Below are positions 1-14,740 of a DNA stretch of 64,000 nt, piece by piece. The notes beneath the pieces were generated by a model that saw only the letters and a list, made by a program, of their open reading frames with translations, did not search any database and had not been told where the DNA came from. Position numbers and translations under genes: made by a program. Location: assembly GCF_009914755.1 (NCBI RefSeq), contig NC_060936.1; one strand, written 5' to 3'. Every line of letters starts with the position of its first letter. Position 1 is the first letter of the stretch. This DNA is from the human T2T-CHM13v2.0 reference genome, Homo sapiens.

Positions 1-1521
1 ATGGTGCATCCTTTCCAGAAGTTTTCAATTTACTTTGCCCATATGTATCCATAGAAGCTATAATTTTATGAAATATATTTCTGAAATCAGAAGACTTGAA
101 AGTCAAAATGACTTCTTGATCCATGGGCTGCAGAATGGATGGTGTGTTAGCAACAAGAAAACAACATTTATCTCCTGGTACATCTCCCTCAGAGCTCTTG
201 AGTAACCAGGTGCTTTGGCAATAAGCAGTACTATTTTGAAAGGAATCTTCATTTGAACAGTAGGTCTCAGCAGTGGGCTTAAAAATATTCAGTAAACCAA
301 GCTGTAAACAAAAGTGCTGTCATCCAGGCTTTGTTGTTCCATTTATAGAACATAGGCAGAGGAGATTTAGCATAATTCTTAAGGGCCCTCAGATTTTCAG
401 AATGGTCAATGAACATTGGCTTCAACTTAAAGTCACCAGCTGCGTTAGCCTCTAACAAGAGAGTTGGCCTGTCCTTTGCAGCTTTGAAGTCAGGCATTGA
501 CTTCTCCTCTCTAGCTATGAAAGTCTCAGATGGCATCTTCTTCCAATAGAAGGCTGTTTGGTCAACACTGAAAATATGTTTTTAGCATAGACTCTTTCAT
601 CAATGATCTTAACTAGATCTTCTGGATAACTTGCTGCAGCTTCTCCATCAGCACTTGCTGTTTCACCTTGCTCTTTTATTGTAGGTAGATGACTTTTTCC
701 CTTAAACCTCATGAACCAACCTCTGATACCTTCAGACTTTTCTTCTACGTCTTCCTCACCTATCTCAGCCTTCATAGAATTGAAGAGAGTTGGGGCCTTT
801 CTCTGGATTAGGCTTTGGTTTAAGAGAATGTGATGACTGGTTTGATCTATCCAGACCACTAAAACTGTCTCTCTATCAGCAATGAGGCTGTTTCACTTAT
901 CATTTGTGTGTTCACTGGAGTAGCACTTTAAATTTCCTTCAAGAACTATTCCTTTGCATTCACAACTTGGTTAACTGTTTGGTGCAAGAAGCCTAGCTTT
1001 CAGCCTATCTTGGCTGTCAACATGCCTTCCTCACTAAGCTTAATCGATTCTAACTGGGTTGAAGGGAGAGACACACAACTCTTCCTTTCAATTGAACACT
1101 TAGAGGTTGGGTTACTAATTGGCCTAATTTCAGTATTGTTGGGTCTCAGGGAAGAGGGAAGCCTGAGGGGAGGGAGGGAAATGGGAACAGCTAGTTGGTA
1201 AAACAGTCAAAACACACACATTAATCAATTAAGTACACTGTCTCATAAGGGTGCAGTTTGTGGTGTCCCAAAACAATTACAATAGTAACATTAAAGATCA
1301 GTAACAAGAGGTCATGGTAACAGATGTAATAATATTGGAAAAGTATGAAATAGTACAAGAATTACCAAAATGTGACACAGATACTAAGTGAACACATGCT
1401 GTTGAAAAAATGGTGCTGATAGCCTTGCTCAAGGCAGAGTTGCCACAAATCTTCAATATGTAAAAAATGCACTATCTGCTAAGTGCAATGAAAGGAAGTA
1501 TAATAAAATAAGATACTCTTG
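1..1521 (-). mobile_element. Tigger1 (TcMar-Tigger) DNA transposon, decayed and cut by the window edge
   Basis: ORFs 279..536 and 515..859 are pogo-like transposase fragments ([31 protein letters not shown]; NNKAWMT); degenerate terminus at ~1470-1521. Confidence 0.93.
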
Positions 1522-2557
1522 TGTAATAATTGTGGAATTTAAGCTGGATAAAGAAGTAAAAAGGACGTAAAAGGCATAAGGGGCAGTGAGAATGCAGAGA
1601 ACTTGTCATCTGGTGAAAATGAATGAGAGCTGGCATTCAGGTAACAGAAAGAGTAAGCTATACAGACAGGAAGTGGTGGTCAGAAAGTGGGATATATGGA
1701 ACTGAGATTATGGAGGAGTTGCAATTGTTGGTGATGCCAAGGTCTAGATATTATGATGCAAGTGAGTGACTAGCATGGAGGACAAAGTCACTGAAGGAGG
1801 GGAGGTCAAGGAACCAAGAGGCCAGACCCAGGATCTGATGGCATACTGGCAGCCTTTGTGCCCAGGAGTTACTCCCAGACCACCTTGTTATCAGATCCTG
1901 CTGTTGCTGTACCTGTTTGCTGCCTCAGCTGGTGGCACTGGCTTTTGCCTCAGCCTTGGTTTCTAAGTTCCAGTCAGTACCTTGTTGAGTACTCTTGTCC
2001 CTTCTAGGACTGGAGACTTGCCCTGAGGTACAGTATGGTTGACTGTGGACCTGCTGTCTTTGGAAAAGATTCCTGGCCAATGCTTATTGTCATCCTCACC
2101 TAGGAATTGCTTTTGACTTTCTGTTGCAGTTGCATCACTACAAGGAACCTAGTCACTTTCCTTTTGGAATCAGTAGCTCCAACACAAGGCCATCACCCCT
2201 GAAGCTGGTATGACAGTTCCTATAGGCCTCCTGAACCTTCCCTCAAATGGCGGCTGGATGGCCTCCCCCAAGAACCAGTCCTCATGCTGAATCTCTTTAC
2301 CTTCCCATCTGCTCTCGCTGCTGAGGCCATTATGGTTTGAATTAGGGGGCTGAGTTATGAAAATACTACTGAAGGGGAATCTATAAATGGTCACAGCAAA
2401 GTGGCAGGTGCTAGTCACACAATAGTCTTTTTAACCACATTGTGTGATGTAAAGTAATCCTATGTCCAACTCCAAATCCTGCATTCTTAGAGTTTTTTTC
2501 TCATAAATATTTGTAAAATAACTTTTTGGTTCATAGATAAAACCTAAGTACTCTTAA

Positions 2558-2921
<364 letters not shown>

Positions 2922-3079
2922 TAAAGCAGATATAGCTTTTCAAACTTACTGTGTTTAGAGCTAGAATAATGGCAAATTTTAAAGGAAAAAAGAATGTCAG
3001 TGATAAGTTGACAAACCTGGAAATAAGTAAGATGCTTCTTCTACCTGGCATAATAACATAAAGAATCTAGAGCCTGCTG

Positions 3080-4770
<1,691 letters not shown>

Positions 4771-4789
4771 AATCAGATAATTTACTTAT

Positions 4790-5000
4790 GCTTAAACGTG
4801 ATGTGTACCATTCTAAGTTGTTGCTGTTGTTTTAATTAATGTCATTTACTTCTCACAGCAATTTTATGGAAAGCTTCTCTTATTACTTCCATTTTACAAA
4901 GGCAAAACCAGGCATCAAATAACATGTCTGAGATTGCTGATCCAATAAATTTGAATCCAACCAGTCTGACTTTAGAATCCGTTTGTGTAACCACCATGCT
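4790..5000 (-). mobile_element. MIR fragment
   Basis: ccattttacaaa...tttgaatccaaccagtctgactttaga core. Confidence 0.55.
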
Positions 5001-5374
5001 GAAAGTCATATTCCTGATATTTAGTATCAGTCTAATATTCTAAAGACAAACAAACAAATCCAGCCCTACATCTATGTGTCTCTAGGTAGATATGTATTGC
5101 TATGCAAGCACTGGGGAAAAGGGTATTAATTTTTATTGTTTCAGTGGGTGGGATAATAAGAGAGAAGATTATTAGTCATTTCTTAATACATGTCTGTAAT
5201 ATTTGACATCTTGCAAGGAGGAACCTATAATTTTTGAAACCCCTAGGAAGAAATATATTTTTAAATTAAATTAAACAATTGTAAAGAGAAAGAAAAATAA
5301 ATCTGGAAACATGATGTTGAATCCTGTGTCTAATTATTCCACTTTAAAGATGAAATGTGACTTAGTGTAAACAC

Positions 5375-5965
5375 TATCATGTATTTATTCACTTAAATAT
5401 TTATTTGAACACTTACCCAGTTTCAGGTGCTGAGAGACAGCAGTGAACAAAATAAACCCTGCCCTCATAGAGTTTACATTCTAGGTAGGCATAGACCATA
5501 AACAAATAACTAAACAAACTAAAGCATTTCAGATGAAGACAAGAGTTGACTAAAAAAATAATAATAATAAAGCAAGAGAAAGCATATAGGGAGTGAAGTG
5601 TGAGTGGGATGGGTAGGTAAGTTGTTATTTGTTGTGAAATGCCCTGAGAGTGTCTTAGTGAGAAGGTGACACCTGAGAAGAGACCTGAGGGCAGTGACAA
5701 TAAATTATACATGAATAAGCGTGAGAAGAGGATGACAGCAAAGGGAACAGTAAGTGCACAGGCCCTGAGGTCAGAGTCTGTTCGTTATGTTCCAGGAACA
5801 AGGCCAGTTTGGGTGGTGGTGGCTGGGGTGGGGGGTTTCAGGATGTGGGAGGAAGCGATCACGGGAAGACCATCTGGGGAAGGGCTTCGGCTTTTTCTCT
5901 GAGTGATATGGGAAGTCGTGGAGCCTTGGAGGAATTGCGAACAATCACATGATACGACTTACTGA
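5375..5965. mobile_element. L2 fragment
   Basis: atttattcactt..aaatatttatttgaacactta...ccctgccctcatagagtttacattctag L2 3'-end pattern. Confidence 0.75.
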
Positions 5966-6506
5966 CCTACTACTCGAAGAATCGATTATTTAGTCGGTCA
6001 TTTCAAATGTGAGGGTAGTAAAGTATTTGCCATTCATTTCACACAGCACACACAAACAATGCAGTGAGTGTCCCCTGAGAGCATTATTTGAAAAGGGGAT
6101 GTGGTCTGCAAGAGTTATCAGGGAAGTCTGAGAGGGGAACTATGGGGTGTTCCTGAGAACAGTTTGGAAATCCCATGCTAGGTCCCAGGTGAACAGACAC
6201 TGCAGACAGAATATGCTGTTTACGTGGTTTATGTGGTTATGTCATTCAGAGAAAGAACCTTGGGAGATTGGTAGGGGAATTTTATTCCAAAAGGAGCATT
6301 ATCTATATGTTTGATATTGAACACGGGGAGGAAGGTCCACAAGACTTAGCTAAGGCCTGCCCCAACCCCATACTAAAAAAGAAAAAAAAAAAGGCAAAAA
6401 ACATAACCAGGATTTTATTTTACTTTTTAAAGAAAGATCAAAACAATAGGGGGAAAATGATTATTTAAAATATAACCTATAGGTACTGTGAGCTGAGGCA
6501 CACTTA

Positions 6507-6840
6507 ACGTATTAGGTTGGGTTTCCCAGAAGCAAATCCCAATACAGAATGTACGTGAAAGTGATTTATTAGGAAGTGTTCCCAAGAAGAATTCACAGAG
6601 GGTCAGGGAGTGAGGCTGGGAAGGGAAGGAGCCACACAAGGAAGGACGCAGTATCCAGCAAAACCCAAAGGGAAACTGGCACCATCCCACGGGGGAGCAG
6701 TGCAGACACGCAAACACATCTCCACACCGTCCCCATCAGTGGCAGGGCTGCTGTGCCATTTACACCTGTCAGTCACGGGTTAAGTAAGCGGGGAAATGCT
6801 GAATACCCGGCATGTACATCACATAGTGGGCTATACTGAA
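6507..6840. mobile_element. MLT1-family MaLR LTR fragment
   Basis: tattaggttgggtttcccagaagca...gtgatttattaggaagtgttccc. Confidence 0.6.
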
Positions 6841-7468
6841 AATCTCTCAGGGAACAGATCCAGGAATAAGGACATCATTTGACTGTCAAAAGGGTCTTTG
6901 AAAACTATGAATGGAAAGTAGATCTAACTTTTTCCTTCATGCTGTTCCAAACCATCTGTATTCCACAGGAAAATAAACCTTTACCTCAAATAAAAACTTT
7001 GATGTTTGAAAAGTAAAAGCAAGCGGCTTCCCCAGGCAGAAAGGACTGCTTCTAAACTACTTAGAAGAGCTATCCTTTCAAAAGGTAGGGATGGTATATA
7101 ACATGTTTTCTGATGCCCGATTTCCAAGTGCTGAGCTGTTCATACAGATCTAATTTGCTTCCAATGTGACTGACTGAAGAAAAAGTCACCAACTGGTGGT
7201 GGTCAGGGGCCTGTCCTGCTCTCAGACACATTCTGTTTGGCCTGCCTATTGTTTCCAAAAATTGGAATTGCAATGTTTATCTTCATATAAGACATTTTTT
7301 GCTCATCAAGAATATATCAAAAAATTACTCTATGTCCACGGTACCCATATCATGAATAAAATAAAAAGCTGATGATCAAAGATAATAAATACCATGGGGG
7401 CAGCAAGTATGACAACATCAAATATCACAACAGAGATGAGAATTTCACATCCTATGAATAGTATTCTT

Positions 7469-7754
7469 TTTTTCCTTTTTTTTAAGAGGCAGAGTCTCAC
7501 TGTGTCACCCAGGCTGTAATGCAGTGATGTGAATACAGCTCACTGCAACTTCAACCTCCTGGGCTCAAGCCATCCTCCTGCCTTGGCCTCCCGTGTAGCT
7601 GGGACCATAGGTGCATACCACCATGCCAGGCTAATTAAAAAATATATTTTTTTGTAGGGGCAGGATCTCACTTTGTTGCCCAGGCAGGTCTCAAACTCCT
7701 GGGCTCAAGCGATCCTCCTGCCGATATTACAAGCATGAGCCACTGCACCTGGCT
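7469..7754 (-). mobile_element. AluJ with an internal deletion
   Basis: TSD atagtattctt at 7458-7468 and 7756-7766. Confidence 0.92.
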
Positions 7755-7843
7755 GATAGTATTCTTAACAAAAATAATAAGACAAAGGCCACACACAGGC
7801 AATCTGAAGTAGGATGGTAAAGCTGGTTCAAAGAACATTTTGA

Positions 7844-8136
7844 GGCCAGGTGTGGTGGTTTGCACCTGCAATTCCAGCACTTTGGGAGGCAGAGGCAGGA
7901 GGATTGCTTGTTCTTATATCTTCTTGTAAGTTAGTAAGACCCCATCCTTACAAAAAAAAAAAAAAAAAAATTGACAGGTCTGGTGGTGTGTGCCTGTGGC
8001 CCCAGCTACTGAAGAGGCTGAGGTGGAAGGATCACTTGAGCCCGGAAACTCAGGCCTGCAGTTAGCCGTGTTCTAGCCACTGTACTCCAGCGTGGGTGAC
8101 AGAGTGAGACCCTGTCTCAAAGAAAAAAAAAAAAAA
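7844..8136 (+). mobile_element. AluJ with a replaced segment in the left arm
   Basis: imperfect TSD ...cattttga on both sides; A tail. Confidence 0.92.
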
Positions 8137-8399
8137 TTCAGAGCATTTTGAAGAACTGGATGTTTACAGGCATATAGAAATAATAGAAAAATATAACAAG
8201 ATTGTTAAGTTAGATACAAACCTTTGAGGTTATTTTTCTACTGGGCAGAAATCATTTGCATCTCTACCAGATAAAAATCTGAACAAACAAAAGTACATTC
8301 CTCTAGATAATTAAATAACCCTTGGCTAGGACTGGTAAATAATTTCCCAGTTTCATATTATATCTTCTCATCTTAAGTTTGGAGTAATTTTTTAAAATA

Positions 8400-8560
8400 A
8401 TTTTTTTAATTTAACTTTTAAATTCAGGGGTACATGTGCAGGTTTGTTACATAGGTAAAGTTTTGTCACTTGGGTTTGTTGTACAGATTATTTTGTCACC
8501 CAGGTATTAAACCATTGGTTATTTTTCCTGATCCTCTATCTCCTCCCACCTTCCACCCTA
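8400..8560 (-). mobile_element. L1PA/PB 3'-end fragment
   Basis: tcaggggtacatgtgcaggtttgttacataggtaaa. Confidence 0.85.
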
Positions 8561-9029
8561 GAAGATTTTGAAAATATCTCTGACTATACCACTAGAGATT
8601 ATGATTTAATTGGTCTGAGGTAGGGCCCTAGCATAATTATTTTTTAAAGCTGTCCTAAATTCATAAATTTCATAAAAACTACCCCTATCATTTTGAAACT
8701 GGCTATGCGGAAACAAACTAGAGTTGAACAGGGATTTACCAATTAATATTTTCTGATGCATATGGTCAAATACCATCTCTAGTTTCTATCTGTGGTAGGG
8801 AGCTGGGCTAACTGCGAGCTTGAATATGGAAAACAGGGCTGGGGCTGGGTTTAGTTAGGGGAAGTATAAATATAAGGACTGTTGAAGAGCTTATTGAAAA
8901 AACAGAAGTGGTGAAAGAACAGCTAGGAGGACTACAGAAACATAAAAGAAGAGAGGCTGGAATATGAACTGAGGTAAACAGACAAGATGTGAATCTGACA
9001 TTCTATCGTTCATATGTTCTTATACCTTC

Positions 9030-9430
9030 TTGTGAGTTTAGAAAAATTCACAGACACAGAATTGATGGGACAAAAGTAAAGAGCACTTACAATATTCATA
9101 GATATTGCCAAATTGCTCTCCAAAAAGGTTGCAACAGTTTACATTCTCACCAACTGCATACACAAATGCCTGTTTCTTACATCCTTACCGGAACTATAAC
9201 AGCAACCATTTTGGTCTTTGCCAATATGAAAAAGAAATAAAAAGGTATCATATAGATATTCTAATTTGCATGTATTGATTTAAGAGTTAGAGCGTTAGAT
9301 TGAACACATCTCAAGTGTTTATTGTATTTCTTTTTCTGGTGGCTCCTTTTTTATTTTCTACAGCTTATTTTTTTCCTTCTTAGTGATTTTTAGAAGCTCT
9401 TGATTTATTAAGGAAATTAGCCTTATGCTA
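9030..9430 (-). mobile_element. Old L1M fragment
   Basis: gatattgccaaattgctctccaaaaaggttgc..agtttacattctcaccaa. Confidence 0.7.
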
Positions 9431-10629
9431 CGTAGCCAAGGGCTGCTTAGGGAAACTTTAAGAAGCTTCTAGGTGCTTCTTTGTGAAGACAATTAGCCAC
9501 TTTTAAACAAGAGAAAAGTCGAATGGCCCTTAAATTCTGAATAGCAGCCAAATTTTCTTGAAAAGGGGATTTTTAAAAAAGGAGCCAATCAGGCAAGCAC
9601 CACTCCAAAGGAAGGATGTGACAGTGTTTCTGTGGTTTAACCTGAGTGCCCCAAGTCAGACATTTCTGCACCAAAAATTATTGAGTCAGGCAAAGTTGCA
9701 GAGGCACCAGGACAGCTCCTGGGAAAATAATATTGTCTCCTACTCAATTTTTTCCCTTTTGGGTTTTGCTACTTTTCATACTTCACTTGTGGATTAAGAT
9801 AATCGTGGAAGGAGCAAGAAACAGTAAGAGTTCTACAGAGGAACTCACCATGAGGACATCAGGAGTAGAACCTGGAATCAGTATCAAGTTTCAACTCCCA
9901 TGCGTTGGGGGAAAGTGAGAGGGTTGGGGGAAAGTGAGAGGGTTGGTTTTAACACAATGTACAGCTGTAAACAAAAGGCCCCCCTGAGCCAGACAGGGTG
10001 GAGGGTATGGATTGGGAGTGAGCTGGTGGCAAACTGAGGAGCCATTCCTTGCTTGGGCTCCAAAAGTGACAGCTACCATAGCACTGTGTGGATTGGGGTC
10101 AACCTTCCTCTGCTGCTTCAGCCCTCCTCAAGTTGTGGACCTATGAGGACATGATTGCAGCAGCAGACACAGATGTAACAGATTACACAGGGCCGGTGTT
10201 CAACAAGGACATCATGTGGCAGTGGCGGAAATGAATGAGGTGGGAAGGAAGCCTGCTGTGAAGCCTACATTCACCAGTTCTCTCTTTGCCTGGAGTTTGG
10301 AAGCAGACACCTCTGGGTTCTTGCACCATTTGGAAGTGGGAAAGAAAGAGGTGTTAGGCATCCTGGAAATTTGGCCAGGGGAATATTTTGAATAATTTGA
10401 ACCTCAAACTGAAGAGGCAGGTCCCATCCATTGCAACATATGAGTGGCAAATATTAGTTTTGTATCCCATTTGGATTTTCAGATTTTTTTACATGTTAGC
10501 ACTATTGTATGTCATACAGAGTTTTAAAATATTTACTGATCAATTACTTCCTCTGTGGCTCCTATGTTTTGTAACAAGAGAGATCTTCTGCACTCCAAGG
10601 TATTATCTATATAAGATATAGATATATAT

Positions 10630-12190
10630 ATTGCAAGAGAAAAATTGCAAAGGACTTTGAAATGGGCAAAACAGATTATTAGGTGACCTTTCAGTGGAAT
10701 ACCACGTGGTCCTTCAAGGTTATCGGTAAGGATACCTAAGATATAATGGATAACTATTAGTTACTGAGGTAAATTAACTACAACTTTTTGTCTTATTATC
10801 AAATAGGTTTCTGCTTCCTGAAACTAACCTTAGTCTCTGCTATTAACTACAAGCCAAAATTTGGTTCTTCAGCAAAGAAAGAGCCTCAGAGTCTCATGGA
10901 AGAAGATTGCACCAAGTACTTTAAACTATCGAAGTCTATTCAAAGAATAGACTCTTGGGTACAAACCCTGAGCTGATGGTATTTAGACAATTTTCAGTCT
11001 GTACCTGTGTAATGAGTATGAATTTACAGGAGTCTTTTCAATGCAGAAGCACATAGCTTTCTGAATGCAGAAATGCCAATCCAAAATTCAGCAAAACACA
11101 ATTACAAAGGACAGAATGAGCTGATGAGGAAAATTTTCACTGTGGTTGTATTGATGTTGTTTTAAGGCTGTATTTGCTGGATATATAAGGAAGACATTTC
11201 TCTTTCTTCTTAGGCTATCTTCAGTCTACAACAATTCAGTAGACTCTGCTTTTGTAAAATAAAACTAAACATTTTCTTCCTGCTTTTCACTGAACTCTCC
11301 CCCACCCCGAGTTTAAACACTGTGACTGAGTTACCTTTTTGACAGCAATGTAGTTATTTGCATAGGTTCAACAAGAGTCTTTTTCTTTCCCGGTGCATAA
11401 CTGGACAAAATTGAATGTCACCATGGCCTTACTTGGAAGATCATATGTGAGGATGATGGTCATTTAACAGGTATGTCAAACAACTCCAAGGAACAAAGGT
11501 TAATTTTATTTCTGTAGCCAATGCCTACAAAACCCTGGCTTAGTACCAACCTTCTAGGGTTGTAACCTAGAGCCTAGTACCTAAACTGGTCTATAGGATC
11601 CTATTATGATGGGTGGTGACAAAGAGCACTTCCTGGCAGGCCATGAACCTTAGTAAATTTAAGCGACCTCAAGTAGAAAGGAATTCATCCAAATCTATAG
11701 ATGGTATAGGTGAATACGGTGGAGTCTCTCGGGCTTGCTTTCCTAGCCCTGAGCTAGCAAATGATGGAGACTTTTTCCCCCTCAACCCATAGAGACTTTT
11801 AAAAGTGCAGTTCTGTGGCTCCAGTAGCTGTTCAATAGTACATAGCTCTAGAATTGCAAACCAAATTCAAGGAAGCTTATGTGGTTAATTAACACCCTTG
11901 CCGCACCCATGCAAATAATCAGGCCAAGGCTAATGGGACCATTCTTTTTATGACCAAGAATAATCTTTGAGATTTTTATAGTCACAAAGGGGAAGTTGTT
12001 ACGGAAACTGGAAAGACTTTAAAAGAAGCAAAAAAGATTACTGGGTGGGTGTACTTTCAATGAAATATTATATGCTGCTTCTGGGTTATCTGATTCTATA
12101 AGAGTTTTGCCTCGCACCCCCTTTTTTTGTTTTTTGAGCTACTTTATAACCCTCTAAATTGTAGAAAACTGAGAGATGGAAATGATTATT
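10630..12190. mobile_element. Probable decayed ERV1-class internal sequence (MER4-group-like)
   Basis: motifs such as atgcaaataatcaggccaag and ttatttgcatagg resemble non-autonomous ERV1 internals; family and limits uncertain. Confidence 0.4.
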
Positions 12191-12236
12191 GTCCAGACAT
12201 ACAAAATAATTCTGTCTGATTAAGATGCAATTAATT

Positions 12237-12344
12237 AGATGACGAGTTAGTGGGTGCAGCGCACCAGCATGTCACATGTATACATATGTAACTAACCTGC
12301 ACATTGTGCACATGTACCCTAAAACTTAAAGTACATTAAAAAAA
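12237..12344 (+). mobile_element. Young, extremely 5'-truncated L1 (L1PA2-like)
   Basis: agatgacgagttagtgggtgcagcgcaccagc...; perfect 15-bp TSD aagatgcaattaatt at 12222-12236 and 12345-12359. Confidence 0.93.
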
Positions 12345-13052
12345 AAGATGCAATTAATTTCCCCCTGTGGACAGGCCAGTTTTGCATCTATTAGCAAATT
12401 CATTTTAGAATTCCTGATTGCTGATATATGTATCTGTTCTTTGAGTTCTCCTTTGGACCAATTTTTAAACATATTACTTGTTCCTTAATTAATAAGCTAA
12501 CTAAATTTTTTGACACATACTTTATTTAAGTCATGGTTTCATGCTTATAAAAATAGATATATTTACACATGTGTTATTTAAAGTCTTTAATATATCTAAG
12601 TTCTCTTTAGACATAAGGGGTAATATAGAAATCTGGTTTCATTTTCTTCAAAAACTATGTATTTTTTCCTATCATTTATTAAGTAACCTTTATTTTTCCC
12701 CATTGATTTGAAAGGCCACCTTTCTGGTATTTTTTGGATCATTTATGCATTCACTATTATGATCTATTTATTTATTTGTACCCAGTTCAATTCTAAGTGC
12801 TATGGCTTTATATAATTTGGGTAATTTGTCAGGTTATTTTGGTGGTGTACTGACTCTCCCAATGAGCAGATTATTCTACCAACTTGGATTAGCCTAACAT
12901 GTAAACTAATAAAAGATTTTTAAAAATTGATATTCAAAAATTGGCCTAGTTATTTGGGCCTCATCCACCCTTTCCAAACTAGGTAGAACACAATTATAAA
13001 TCTAGAAAGTAAGAAAACAGGACATCTGAGTTGCAAAGTTATCATTAAGCCC

Positions 13053-13633
13053 CGTGATGGTTAATATTAGGTGTCAACTTGATTGGACTGAAGGATGCCT
13101 AGATAGCTGGTAAAGTATTGTTTCTGGGTGCATCTGCAAGGGGGTTGCCAGAGGAGATTGACATTTGAGTCAGTGGACTGGGAGAGGAAGACCCATCCTC
13201 AATGGGGGTGGGCACCATCCAATAAGCTGCCAGCATGGCTAGAACAAAGCAGGTGGAAGAAGACGGGCTAAGCTGGCTTGCTGAGTCTTCTGGTGTTCAT
13301 CTTTCTCCCATGCTGGGTGCTTCCTTCTATTCCTCCTGCCTTTGGACATCAGACTCTAGGTTCTTTGGCTTTTGGACTCTGGGACTTACACCAGGGGTTT
13401 GTTGGGGGCTCTCTGGCCTTTGGCCACAGACTGAAGGCTGCACTGTCAGCTTACCTACTTTTGAGGCTTTTGGACTCGGACTGAGCCACTACTGGCTTCT
13501 TTCTTCCCCAGTTTGCAGACGGCCTATTGTGAGACTTCGCCTTGTGATCATGTGAGCCAACTCTCCCTAATAAACTCTCTTTCATATATACATATATCCT
13601 ATTAATTCTGTCCCTCTGGAGAGCCCTAATACA
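13053..13633 (+). mobile_element. MLT2A solo LTR (HERV-L)
   Basis: (c)gtgatggttaatatt...ccctaataca; 5-bp TSD agccc at 13048-13052 and 13634-13638. Confidence 0.9.
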
Positions 13634-14630
13634 AGCCCATAGTTAATTCCATGGGAAAGGCAGAGAATAGCTCTTCCCTGACAATTCTGTGTAAAAAAGG
13701 ACGGAATGGAACAGTATTAGCAAATACTCATGGAGGGAGAGTAGAAGGAAGAAGCCAGAACTATCAAAGGCACTGCAGGACTGGCCCTTTCAATTTGGAA
13801 CAAAATCTGCTCAGATTCTCAATAGTCTTTTAACTTTTACCACTGCTTGAGTTTAAAAGTGCTAATTACTCACTCACACCCTTTGCCCTTGGGGTTTTGA
13901 TCAATTAAGAAGTAGGCATAGGAAGCATGTAAGGATAAAAATATCAGCTTTATTCCTAACGAAGTTATATTGGAGAACATGACTTGGACTCCCGTACCCC
14001 AGGTTTCTACTTTGAGTTTTGCGTGTGTGCCACCGAGGCCCTACAGAATGCACTGCTGTCACCTGGGTAGGCCAGAAGAGTTCATCAAGGGGGTCTTCAT
14101 TCCCAGCCACACCGTAAAAGACCCAGGCTATTCCTGTGCTAGCCCTGTCCACAAGAAGAACTTGGATATCAGACTTTGGCCATCTTGCTGGTCTGGTAAA
14201 GCCTTTCTAAGATGCTGGAGAGGAGTTGGTGATGGATAAAAAGACAAGGCTGCACTAGCTTTGACCCAATAGTTACTGAGAAATGAAGTGTTGATAGAAT
14301 TTCTTCTTTTATAGGTGGCAGCAATGTGGGTAGAGGAAGACTCAACTCCTTCCTACAACACAGGGCAGAAATTAATACTTATAAAGGTAAACTTGACTTA
14401 AAAAAGAAAATATTATGGTGAATCTACTCTGATTATGAAGAATGGAGAAATGTGGTATATGTTTCAGACCAGATAGATTTCTATCAGAAGTATTTTTAAA
14501 AATATTTACGTTAGGGTGCTTAAATATATAACCTTCTATGATCTAGAACACTGACAAATATGTATAACCCTTCTCCAGCAATCCTGAATAGTGTATATAG
14601 TACACAACTGCCCCATTTTAGTATTGCATT

Positions 14631-14740
14631 GCAAAAGAACAAACACAACATTTTTAAATACTTTTAGTTCACATTTTTTAATGTTTAAAAACTATGTTAA
14701 CAGAGCAGTTATAGAACAGAACTTCTTATATTTCTTTATT
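14631..14740 (-). terminator. Distal polyadenylation region: AATAAA (14735-14740), ATTAAA (14677-14682), GU-rich downstream element (14631-14650)
   Basis: minus strand reads ATTAAA, then ~26 nt, then TGTTGTGTTTGTTCTTTTGC. Confidence 0.75.

Noticed and set aside
279-859. Domesticated Tigger transposase (TIGD-like gene)
   Set aside because: Frameshifted between the two ORFs and with stops; an ordinary Tigger1 fossil
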